Made by a program: the position numbers and the translations under genes
Notes under the pieces: generated by a model
The model's database searches: none
What the model was told of the DNA's origin: nothing
The model's input: only the letters and a program-made list of their open reading frames with translations
Assembly (NCBI GenBank): GCA_918234285.1
Contig: CAKJXZ020000032.1
Location: 1 to 52,085 of the forward strand
Direction of reading: 5' to 3'
Length of the DNA: 52,085 nucleotides
Source: Pseudomonadota bacterium
GTDB taxonomy: Bacteria > Pseudomonadota > Alphaproteobacteria > RF32 > CAG-239
In this document: positions 38,503-51,200 of the stretch, in pieces
Position numbering within the stretch: the stretch's first letter is position 1
Layout: the number at the start of each line of letters is the position of its first letter

Positions 38503-39147
38503 CTATTCTGCCGTCTGAGCTTCCGCTGCGGTATGTTCGCCGGAAGCCTTTTTAATCATTTCCACCACACGGTCAGTAACATCAATCACGTAGTTAGTAT
38601 TCACCGCCACCGATTTATTAATGAAAATCGTCGGGATATTGTCTTCCGACGCAATCTGCGCCAAGGCACTATTAATGTTGTTTAGGGCATCTTGGGTGGC
38701 CTTGCTGTACGCGTCAAGCAACTCGTCGCGCTTCATTTGCAACGGTTTAACCGACATTGTCAACACTTTGTTTTTAACCGCCTCTTCTTTTATATCTTTG
38801 ATGGTATCTTGAGCTTCCTTGACCTGCTTATCCAAATCATATATATCTTCCTCAAATTTGCGCGAAATCTCCGGCAAACCGATACCTTCAATCGCCTTAT
38901 CCGTGTTGAAAACATAGATTTTGCGACCGTCATTAACGTTGGTGGAAAAGTTGTTATCAAGGTCACCGATTAAATCTTTCAGGTCACTGACCTGTTTATA
39001 AAGAAAACCCGACATAGCAACACCTAAAACGGCAATAAATCCGCATAACCCGAGCCACAATTTATATCTGCGTTTCCAATCGTCATGCGGCTGCTTACCA
39101 GTATTGACATCTTCTGTTATCATCGCATTTTCTTTATCCGTATTCAT
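38503..39147 (-). CDS. Membrane-anchored OmpH/Skp-like protein
   Basis: N-terminal TM helix, short coiled coil, KIYVFNTDKAI...long helix...INSALAQIASE....IF......DVTDRVVEMI, matching the Skp layout; GAGG RBS. Confidence 0.7.
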   Translation of the reverse strand: MNTDKENAMITEDVNTGKQPHDDWKRRYKLWLGLCGFIAVLGVAMSGFLYKQVSDLKDLIGDLDNNFSTNVNDGRKIYVFNTDKAIEGIGLPEISRKFEEDIYDLDKQVKEAQDTIKDIKEEAVKNKVLTMSVKPLQMKRDELLDAYSKATQDALNNINSALAQIASEDNIPTIFINKSVAVNTNYVIDVTDRVVEMIKKASGEHTAAEAQTAE

Positions 39148-39165
39148 TTTTACCTCTCAACAAGA

Positions 39166-39193
39166 TATAGGGAGGGCAATGCCCTTCCCTATA
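39166..39193. terminator. Hairpin between the adhesin and the Skp-like gene
   Basis: TATAGGGAGGGC-AAT-GCCCTTCCCTATA; weak U-tract (TCTTGTT) on the minus strand, just before the next RBS. Confidence 0.65.
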
Positions 39194-39212
39194 CTTTTTG
39201 TTAATTTACCGT

Positions 39213-42200
39213 TTAGAACGAGTATGTCAAGCCCAGACGATATACTGCGTCGTCGGCATCGCCCCAAGCCAAACCGGCATTGACCATCAAGTTGTTGGTC
39301 AGCCAGTGGTAAGCACCGACAGCAACCGCCGGACTGGATTCATACATACCGGTACCGATTGAAAGCTGTGTCTTACCATCGGCACGAGAGTTCGGAGCCA
39401 ACGCTGACAAAGCGGACAACGAAGCCATACCGCCGCGCAACTTACGACGCAAGCTGTTGATTTCGTTTCTGTTCTGGTCAACTGCATAAGATATCTTATA
39501 CATATCCGCATCCAATACTCTGACCGCATCGGTCAAGTTGGTGGTTTCGGACAAGAAGTAAGTATCTTTCAAGTCAGACACATTACCGACCGCTTTGCTG
39601 ACGGCAGCAATATTCTGGTTAACCGTCTTATCTTTGCTTACTCCGTTAGGTACATCGGCTAACTGTTCCGCCGTACCGATTTGCGAAGCAATGTCGGTAA
39701 GAACATCGGCCACATACATCGTTTCGGTAGAGAACGCATAACCGTGAGTACCTTTTTCGTTGCTGATGGTTGTACGATCACCGATAGCATCATCCAACTT
39801 GGACAAGTGCATTTCAACCGTTGTACCATCTGCGAGGTTACCCTTATACGTACCTTCAGCTCTGCGTTTATCGGCCAAACCGTGAATTTTACCCAAAGTG
39901 GCGTCAAGGTTATTCAGTGCCGCCACAACCGTAGTAGGAGCCGTATATCCGCCATTGGTCAAATTCTTCAGTTCAATATTAAGGCCGCTCAAATCGCCAA
40001 CCGTATCATTAATCGCACTGATATTTTCGGTAATCGATTTTTCCGAGCTTACACCGTTATTGGCTGCAACCGCCGTACGTTTTTCAATTGTGTTCAGAGT
40101 AGCACCGTTACCAACATTGCTGTTGACTTTGGATACTGCCTCAACCAGATTGGTTACTTGTAACGTACCATAGGTAACACCCTTATCAGCGGTTACCTGA
40201 GCCGACCACTTATGATCTTGATCAAATTCGCCGCCCAGAGCTTCGTGAACACCGGTCAAATCAAGTGTGGTATTTTCAATGACGCTGACGCGGCTGTCCA
40301 ATCCTTCAATTGCCAAAGTATTGGCCGCAATCTGTGACGTATGTCCGGCTATTGTCGTTGCCTGAGCTTCTATTGCAGCCTTATTGGTAGCAATATCCGC
40401 CTTATTCTGAGCAATATCGGTGGTGTGTTGAGCGATTGTTGCCGCCTGAGCCGCTATTGCCGCGGTATTTGTTGCAATATTGGTCTTGTTGGTGGCAATA
40501 TCGCTTGTATTTTGAGCTATTTGCGCATCACGTGCATCCACCGCATCGGCAATATTGTCAATCCGATCACTCAGAACCTTATCAGCCGCTTTAACAGCTG
40601 CAGCCGTTACCAATTGCTTCTGCAATACGGCATCGGAACTGCTGGTATTAATGCTGTTAACGATTGACGTAACTTCCTGACCGTTGCCGAAGCTTAAGCC
40701 GTTATCGGCAGATAAAGTGGTCTTACCCGTTGCATTAATACCTCCGTTAACCGTCAAATCTCTGGAGCCGCCGGAAGTCGTCGAACCGATAACCACATTA
40801 TCCTTGAAGTTCGAAGTACCGGTAACAGTCATACCGTTGTTAACCACCAAAGTCGTAGTATTGATACCGCCGTTGGCGTTCATCAATCCCGCAAACGTAG
40901 CACTACCGTCTTTGCCGTCCAAAGTGATTCTGGTATCTACACCCTTATTGAGTTTCAGCGTATCGCCGTCCAATTCGGTTGTATAAGTACCGGCATCATC
41001 ACCATCACTGATAACCTTTTCAAACTTCTGCAGTTTCTTAAAGGTCTTGGTTCCGGTAATATCTTCGTTTCCGGACTGATGGACGGAATTACCGTCTATG
41101 CCGGCAACATAACTCTTAACCGCACCGGAGGTAATCAGCTTATCGCTGTTTTCGGTAACGACGCTGTCAACTTCTTTGAAAGCACCGGCCTTCAAACCGG
41201 CCACTGCAACCTGAGTGGTCACACCGTTAGTCGTAACGGCAATCTTACCGTTAGAACCTTCGCCGGTTGCCGTGCTGATGGAATCAACTTTGGCATCCCA
41301 TACGCTTTCCTTGGTTGCAAGTGTATCACTGGCATCCTTACCCGCGGCAGCGTTGTTGCGAATGGTAGTCAAGTCGCTGATGGCATCTTGTTTACCGCTC
41401 CAAGCCGTCTTTTCGGTATCGCTTACCAAACGATGGTCTGCATCGGTTTGCAAATCTGCGGCGGCACCCGTGGTTGCCACAGTAGCCAAACCGTGAACTG
41501 CAACATCCGTACCGCCAACATTGATGGTACCTGCGGTCGTGCCCTCGATAATATCGTCGGCCTGTAATGCCGAGTCTGCATTATCGAGTGAAGTCTGAAC
41601 CGCAGAAGCTAACTTAGCTTTGGTAATTTCGCCGTCTTTAATCATACCGTTGGTAATACCATTGTTGGCAATCGAGAATACATTGGTATTGCTCAGAGCC
41701 AATCCGGCGCCTGCGGTGTATGTTGCTCCGCCCGAACCGGTTGCGGAAATTTCGCCGGTTTCCTGATTGATTGTAATACCGGAACCTTGAACCAAAGTCT
41801 TCTGTTTGCCTTCTAAGCCTTTCTCCAACTTACCGATAGCTACATTCAAGCTGTCACCGGCTACAATCGGATTATCATTCGCGTACTTGGTATAACCGGT
41901 CATAAGGTTAACCTCGGCCGATGTATGAGTATGCGAAGATGCCGCATAAGCATTAGAACTGGTAAATGCCGCCGAGCCCAAACCATTAACCGCAATATCT
42001 GTACCGCCAACACTGATGGTACCTTGTGTACTGCCGGTATCAAAGTCAGAGACCGCAAGCGAATTTGCCGCTTTGGTTAATGCATTACGTACATCCGCTG
42101 CCAACTGAGACTTTTGAATGTTGGCATCCGGATCCAACTGAGCAGTAGTTAATAAGCCGCTGGTCAACGTGCCGTTTGCATCGTAATACAAAACCTTACC

Positions 42201-45200
42201 GGTACTGCCGGTACCGCCGTTGTTCAGAGCCAACTTCTCGTTGGTAATACCTCCGGCCAACATGGCGTTGGTAACACCGTTGTCAGAAATCGAGAAGGTA
42301 TTGGTCGTACCGTCCAAATCCAATCCGGCACCTGCGTAGTAATAAGCACCGCTGCCGCTACCGGTTACGCTGATAACACCGTCGGAAGTGATGTTAATAC
42401 CCGTACCCGGAGTTAAAGTACCCTGCTTAGTACCTAAACCGTATTCCAGTTTACCAATAGCTTGGTTCAAAGTATCACTGGTGCTGATCGCATCATAAGT
42501 AGCCGCCGTTGCCTTAGTATAACCGGTCATGGCATTAATCGCACTTGATACGTGGGTATGTCCGGCCAAAGCAAAGTAATCAGCATCTCTGTATGCCGCC
42601 GTACCCAAACCGGCAACCGCAACTTCCGTCGCCGCACCGCCGTTAACCGACAAAGCGACCGTACCGTCGGTAGTACCGGTGGTCAGGCTGATTGAACCGA
42701 CCTTGTTATCCCACTCGGTTGCTTTTCCGTCGGTAACAAGCATCTTATAAGCATCTTTACCCTGACCGGCATTGGCTATAATCGTATCCAAACCGTCAAT
42801 AGCGTCTTGTTTACCGCTCCAAGCCTCTTTCTCGGCATCGGTTACCAGGCGATGACCGGAATCGGTTGTCAAATCTTCAGCCTTTCCTGTGGTTGCCACG
42901 TCTTTCAAGTCTTTAACCTTAACATCGGTACCCTTGACACTGATGGTGCCAGCGGTGGTGCCGGTGGTGATGCTGGCTGCCTGCAATGCCGAGTCTGCCT
43001 TACCGAGTGAAGTTTGAACATCGCTGTCCAACTTGGTTGCCGCAATGTTACCCTTCAACATAGCGTTGGTAACACCTTCATCAGCAATCGAGAACTCGTT
43101 GTTTGTAGTATTCAGGCTCAAACCGCCGTTGGCTGCCGCACCGTATTTCGTATCGGTAGCGCTGATTTGACCGTTGGTAATCTGAATATTCTCGCCGGCA
43201 GTCAGCTTGTTAGCCTTAATGCTCTTTTGCAACTTGCCGAGAGCTTGATTAAGTGTATCACCTTCCGCAACATCTGCTGCCTCGTTGGCAATGACGTATC
43301 CTTCAAGTGAAGTAACTTCGCTTGACTTATGTGTATGAGAAGCTGCCGCAAAAGCACTTGCCTCGCTAAAGGCCGCACTCTTTAAGCCCTTAACCGATAC
43401 CTCAAGCGGAGTTTCGCTACCATCTATGGTCAGAGCAATATTGCCGTTGGTAGTAGCCGTTCCGGCCGTAATCGAACCGATCTTGCTGTCCCAACCGGAT
43501 TTTTCGCCGGAAGTTACAAATAAGTGGCTGTTGTCGGTTGTCAAATCTTCGGCTTTGCCCGAGATTGCCACATCGGCCAAACCGTGAACCTTCACAGGGG
43601 TACCTTTAACGCTGATGGCACCGTCAGTTGAGCCTTCCGTAATATCACCAGGTTGTAATGCCGTACCGGCACTGCTCAACAATCCGATAACTTCATCGTC
43701 AAACTTTTCCTTGCCGATGTCACCGGCCAACATATCGTTGGTAACACCGCTGACCGAGAAGGTATTGGTTGTGGTATCCAAAGCCAATCCGGCGCCGGCG
43801 TAATAGGTTGCTCCGCCCGTACCGGTTGCGCTGATAACGCCGTTGGTAATATCAATACCCGAACCGGCAGTCAGCTGATTGGATTTAACACCCTTTTCCA
43901 ACTTACCGATAGCTTCGTTCAAGCTGTCTTCCAGGGTGATATCCGAATATGCCGAAGCAATTTCATAACCGGTCATCTTGTTGATTTCGCTTGCCACATG
44001 GTTATGCGAAGCTAAAGCGAAGTATGTGTCGGCCTTGTATGCCGCCGTGCCCAAACCGGCAACGGAAACTTGCGTCGTATTACCGTCAACCGTCAAAGCA
44101 ATCTTGCCCGGAGCATTACCGGATGCCGCACTCACGGAACCAATCTTAGCATCCCAAGTGCTTGCTTTGGTGGCGAGTGTATCGCTGGCACTCTTACCTG
44201 CGGTCGCGTTGTTGCGAATTTCAGTCAAATCGCTGATGGCATCTTGTTTGCCGCTCCAAGTAGATTTTTCACCCGAAGTTACAAACAAATGGCTGTCATC
44301 GGTCGTCACCTTATCGGCCGCCAAGTTACCGCCGGTAGCTACCGCTGCCAAGCCGTGAACTGCAACCTTGGAACCGTTAACGTTGATTGCTCCGACGTCG
44401 TTACCTTCTGTGATGGCAATATCTACGGCATTATTCGTAACCGTCAACGACGAACCGTTAACCTTAACCGTCTGAATAGCCGAACCGGCACTGGTCAACA
44501 GACCGTTGACTTCATTATCCAACTTATCTTTACTGATATCGCCGTCCAACATATCGTTGGTAACACCGCCGGTGGCAATCGAGAATTCGTTAGCGGCATT
44601 CTTGGTCAAACCGCCGTCGATTGCCGCGCTGTATTTCGTGTCGGTAGCATTAATCTTGCCGTCTGTGCCGATGGTAACATTCTCGCCGGCCGTCAGCTTA
44701 TTCTTGGTGATGTTGTTTTCCAACTTATGCAAAGCAACATTCAACGAATCGCTGGCATCAAGAGCACCGTCAACCGTAGAAGCGGTATATCCGCCCAAGG
44801 TGGTTATATCCGACGTTGCATGAACGTGCGAAGCTTCCGCAAAAGCACTGGCCTCGCTGAATGCCGCGCTCTTTAAGCCTTTAACCGCAACTTCCAGCTT
44901 AGTATCGTCTACATTCAAAGCAATACTGCCGTTGTTGGTAGCGGTTGCCGCCGTAATCGAGCCAACCTTGTTGCTCCAGGCCGTTTTTTCACCATCGGTT
45001 ACAAAACGACGAGAAGTGCTCTCTGTTACCTTTGATGCTGCCAAATCACCGCCGATAGCTACATCTGCCAAACCGTTAACCTTAACATTGGTAACAGTAT
45101 CACCGTCTTTAACACCGATTGTACCAGGAGCAGTGCCTTCAACAATATCGGTTTTCTGCAGAGCCGTACCGGCCGCCGTAACTGCCGCTTGAAGATCGTC

Positions 45201-48200
45201 ATCCAATCTTTCAAACGTTACACCGTTATCGGCAATCGAGAACTCGTTGTTTGTAGTATTCAGGCTCAAGCCGCCGTCTTCTGCAGCAAGATAAGGTGCT
45301 GCCGAGCCGGTTGCGTTGATTTCACCGGTATCTTCATTGATGTAAATATTGGTACCGCTCTTATAAGTAGCGTTAATCTTACCGTCAACAATCTCAATAT
45401 GTTTACCGGCCTCAATGGTTGTCTGAGTTTCCAAAGCCTTTTCCAATTTACCGATAGCGGTATTAACCGTATCGTTTGCCGTTATGTATGAGGACGTCTC
45501 TGCTTTGGTGTAATCGGACAAGACGATATCACCGCCGCCCAAAGTAACATTAGCGCTCAACGGCTTATCGTTAATCGTACGGGCGTTGAAAGTGGCCGTA
45601 TTGAGTTTAGCATTCAAAGCATCAGTCAAACCGCTGATTTTGTTTTGATTGATGTTGCCGGCCAACATAGCATCGGTAACACCGCCGGTGGCTATCGAGA
45701 ACGCATTATCATTCAGAGCCAAACCGCCATTCGGAGCCGCCGTATAAGCCGCACCGCCGCCGGTTGCACTGATTCTGCCGTTAGCATCAATCGTAATGTT
45801 GGTGCCGGCCGTTAATGTGCCCTGTTTGGTATCCAATGCATATTCCAACTTACCGATGGCTTCATTCAAAGTATCGGTGGCGCTGATTGGCGCGAATGTA
45901 GTTGAAGATGCCTTGGCATAACCGGTCATGGCATTGATTTCGTTTGCCACATGAGTATGCGAAGCCTTAGCAAAGTAACTCTCGGCCTTATATGCCGCCG
46001 TATCCAAACCGGTTACCGTAACCTGAGTGGTATCACTGCCGTTAACCGTCAGGGCAACCGTACCGTTGGAGGAACCGCTGGCCAAACTTACCGAACTTAC
46101 CTTAGAATCCCAAGTATTTTCTTTTGCCTCAAGTATATCATAAGCATCTTTACCGAGGCTGGCATTACTGCGAATGGTAGTCAAATCACTGATGGTATTC
46201 TGCTTGCCGGTCAAGCCTTTTTCTAACTTACCGACAGCAGAATTAATCGTATCCTCTTCATCAATTGCCGTATAAGTATCAGCTATGACATAATCGGTTA
46301 ATGCGATATCTTTACCGCCCAGAGTAACATCCTGATTCAGTTTATAGCCGTTAATCTTACGATTATTAAACACTGTAGCATCAAGTTTATTATTCCAAGT
46401 AGAAATCTGGTTGTTGGTCACAAACTGATGGGTTGTATCGGTCACTACTTTGCTTGCCGCCAAATCACCGCCGGTTGCTACCGCCGCCAAGCCGTGAACC
46501 CTAACATCCGTACCGTCAACATTGATGGTACCATTGGTAGTACCTTCGGTAATATCTTCGGCCTGCAATGCTGTGTCTGCCTTACCAAGCGAAGTCTTAA
46601 CATCCGAAGCCAATTTAGCTCTGGCAATATTACCTGCCAACATGCCGTTGGTAACACCGCCGGTATTAATCGAAATGGTAGTGCCGTCCATAATCAGGCC
46701 GCCGTCTTCCGCTACCGTATAAGTAGTATCATTATCGGTTGCACTGATAACATTACCGGTAATCGTAATATTGCTACCTTCCGTCAACTTATCCTGCTTA
46801 TCGGACAAACCTTTTTCCAACTTACCGAGAGCAACGTTCAGAGTATCACTTTCTCCGAGCGCAGAATACATCGATTGGATTTCGTATCCGGCCAAGTTGG
46901 TAACATCGCCGGAACCATGGTTATGCGAAGCCTGAGCAAAGTATGTGTCGGCCTTGTATGCTGCACTACCCAAACCTTTAACCGCAACATCGGTAGCCAC
47001 ACCGCCGTCAACCGATACGGCGATTGTGCCGTTAGCAGAACCTTGGGTTATGCTGACCGAACTCAACTTAGCATCCCAAGTGCTTGCTTTGGTGGCGAGT
47101 GTATCGCTGGCATTCTTACCTGCGGTCGCGTTGTTGCGAATTTCAGTCAAATCGCTGATGGCATCCTGTTTGCTGTTCCAAGTGGCTTTCTCATTTGTAG
47201 TTACAAACAAATGACTGTCATCGGTCGTCACCTTATCGGCCGCCAAGCTGCCGCCTTTGGCCACATCGGCCAAGCCGTAAACTTCAACCGACTTATTGCC
47301 TACTTTAATTGCACCTACAACGTCGCCGGAAGTAACACTGCTTTCTTGCAATGCCGAGTCAGCCAAATCAAGCGAATCTTGTACGCCCTGAGCCAACTTA
47401 GCTTTGGTAATACCACCTTTTAACATAGTATTGGTCACACCGTTGTCAGCAATCGAGAATTCATGACTGTCGCTATCCAAGCTCAGACCGCCGTCGGTAG
47501 CCGCATAATAGCTTGTACCGCCGCCAGAACTGGTTGCTCTGATCTCACCGGTCTCTTGGTTAATATAAATACCGGAATCAGCCGCTGCAGTCAAAGTCTT
47601 CTGCTTGCCGTCCAAGCCCTTTTCCAACTTGCTGAGGGCTTCATTCAAGCTATCACCGTCGGCAAGTGCACCACTGGCAGATTTAACGTAATTCTTCAAC
47701 TCAGTCACGTCTTGCGAAGTATGATAATGAACCTTCGCAGCATAAGCATCTGAACTGGTAAATGCCGCCGAGCCCAAACCGGTTACCGTAACGTCGGTAC
47801 CCTTAACATTGATGGTACCTGCAGTCAAACCTTCTCCGATATCGGCCTTTTGCAATGCCGTATCAGCCTTGCCGAGTGAAGTTTGAACAGCCGAAGCCAA
47901 TTTTCCTTTGCCAATTGTATTGTCGGCAATCAGCGAACCGGTCAATTGACCGCTGGCCAGGTTACCATCCTCATCATAGTAAAGAGCGGTGTCAGCCGTA
48001 CCGGCTTTCAATGCCAACTTGCTGGTTTCGATACCGGCGTTGCTGCTGATATGCGTGTTGGTTATACCACCATCGGCAATCGAAAATGCATTGGTAGCGT
48101 TCTCCAAACTCAAACCGCCGCCGACAGCCGCCGTATACTTGGTATCAACGGCATTAATTTTACCGTTTGTTATGGTAATATTTTCGCCGGCCGTAAGGGT

Positions 48201-51200
48201 CTGCTGACCTTCTAAGGCCTTCTCCAACTTACCGATAGCCGTACTGATTGTATCATTTGTGTTAATCGAAGCTGCCGAAGACGCCTTCTCATATTCGGTC
48301 ATCTTCAAATCACGGGCATCCAATACCACGTCGATTTCCAATTCATGGCCGTTAATCGTACGGGCATTAAACGTTTCCGTATCGAGTTTGGCTGCCAAAG
48401 CACTGGACAAACCGCTGATTTTGCTCTGTGCAATACTGCCGGCCAACATATCGTTGGTAACACCGCCTTCGGTAATTGAGAACGTGTGATCGTCGCTCAA
48501 ACTCAAACCGTCACCGGCAGAATATGTAACTCCCACGGCTCTGATGGTGTTGCCATCGATAACGATACTGTCGTCAGCTGCCGTCAATTTATTCTGTTTA
48601 CCGCTCAAGCCGTTTTCCAACTTAGCTATAGCCACATTCAGAGAGTCATCAACATCAATATTACCGGTTATCGGAGTAGTTCCGTTCGTTGTTCTGCTGT
48701 AACCGGTCATATGAGCAATCTCGTTAGAATTATGACCATGGTTATATGCTGCAAACGCATCCTCATTGGCATACGCGGCCGTACCTAAACCGTGAACTTT
48801 AATATCAGTATTTTTGACGTTGATGGTACCATTGGCAGTACCTTCCTTAATGTCCGCAGCCTGCAGTGCCGTATCGGCCTTACCGAGTGAAGTCTGAACA
48901 CCCGAAGCCAGCTTCTCTTTACTGATATCGCCGGCCAACATACCGTTGGTAACGGTGCTGGCTACAACTTTGGCTGTAGTAGAGTCAACCGTCAAAACCT
49001 TACCCTTAGCCGAAGCATCTTGTGTTTCTGCCACAAAGTTACCTAAGTCGACAACCACCGGTGTGCTTCCGCCCTCATTAGTGGTAAATGTTGTCGCCAC
49101 ATCAGCACCGTTAATCCGCATCTTAATTGTCGCATTGCCCACATAATTGGCAACCGCTTGTTCCGTAACCAACGTACTTGAAGACGGAGTGCTACTGATG
49201 GCCGTGGATGCAACATCGTTGACAACCGCTTTGTTACCAAACACAATACCCGTGCCGGTACCGGTCTTGAAGGTGATATCTCCGGTCATGGTGCCGCCGG
49301 TCTTATCCAACTTACCGGCCAACTTATCGGTCAAGCCGTCCAAATTGTTCAAGTCATCGGCCGAAACACTTCTGGTCGTAAGTTTACCGTTAGTATCGGT
49401 CACAACCAACGCCGAGTTGGCACCCATGCTGCCCAACTTAGAAATGGCAATTTCGCCGTCGTTAATGTTGTTATTATAAATCTTGCCAACTTTCAGCTTA
49501 TTGTCACTCGTATCGAATACGATGGTATCTCCGTCAGCATTCGATGCCTGCAACGCCGTATTGGCCAAGTCGAGCGAACCCTGAACACCCGTATCTAATT
49601 TTTCATACGTGATACCACCCGACAGCATATTGTTGGTAACCTTCGAGAAGTCAACATTACCGCTGTCATTTACATACAATACCTTACCTTTGTTCGCGTT
49701 ACCCTGTACCTTCTCGACATAGCTGCCCAAATCGATTTCCAAAGAATCGCTTTGGTTAGCCGTAAATGTTGTCTGAGAAACACCGTTAATCTTCAGGGTT
49801 AAACCACCGTTGCCGACGTAGTTCTTAACCGCACTTTCGGTTACCAGGGCATTCGCCGAATTACCGCTGATGCTGGTTACAATACTCTTAGCAACAGTGC
49901 TTTCGTTACCGAAGCTCAAGCCTTTATCGGCTGACAACGTTGTCTTACCGGTAACGCCCAAGGTACCGCCGAGGGTGGTTGCGCCCGTAACGCCGAATGC
50001 ACCGCCGACCGAAACATCATTGCTGAAAGTTTTGTTTCCGGCAATGGTTTCATTATCCGTGCGGTGTACCAAACCGGCACCGGCCGTAGTGCTGTTAATC
50101 TCATCTTTGGTATAATAATCATCGCTGACCGAGCCTTTAATCTCGTTAATCGCCGCCACGATACTACCCTTATTTGCGGTATCTAAGCTGCCCAAAGCAC
50201 CAACATAATCAACAACCGCCTTTTCCGTTACCAGCTTGGTATGAACCGGAGCAACAGGTTGTTGTTCTTCTTCATGAGTAACACCGTCATTAATGGCTTT
50301 TGCCCAACCGGTAATCGCCGACTCGTTGCCGAGTTTGATACCGCTGAATGCCTGTGTACCGGATAAGATATCGTTGGAATAATTCGCCAAATTGGTTAAG
50401 TTAACCCCTACACCGTTATTGGCGTTAATCAAATTGACATCCGTACTGCCGTGTTTCAGAATTGCCGCCACCGGAGTAACGTGCGAATTCTTAATAAAGT
50501 CCGTACCCAAGCTGATTGTCGTATTAGCGGAATCATTAGCTCCGAACTCACCGGCAACCGTCGTACCGTTAACCGACAATGTCAGCTTACCTTTACCGAC
50601 ATAACCCGCCACGGCGCTGGTGGTAGCCAAAGCATTGTCCGAACCGTTACCGGTTACGCTGTTGCTTATACTCTTAGCAACCAATCCCTGATCACCGAAT
50701 TGTAAGCCGCCGGTCGCGCTCACTTGAGTCAAACCGCTGACAGTCACGTCTGTGGCATTGATACCGCCGTTAGCGTTAATCAAGCCGGTAGAGGTCAAAC
50801 CGCTGGTGAAAGTAGCTTCATCATTAAACGTCTTGACGCCGCCGATGGTTTCCGCACCCGAGGTGTGAACCAAAGTGTCGTTGAGAGCACGAATTGCGCC
50901 AGAGGTAATCAGCTTATAATCGTTGGCATAATTCGGTGTTTCCGTCGTACCGTTATCATAGAATATACCCGTTTGGCTATCACCGGCCGTCGTAACCGTC
51001 GTAATATTAATATTCGTATCGGATTTAGATACACCGGCTTCAGCCACTTTGTTATTAATGCTCAAACTCTGAATTGAACCGCCGGTCGTTGCCTTCAAAT
51101 CTTGAATTGCCTTCGCTACCGTGTCGGTAGAGCTGAAGGTTACAGCATCCTTGCCGTCAACCGCATCAGCCGTGCCGATGATGTTGGCAAGGGTAGATAA

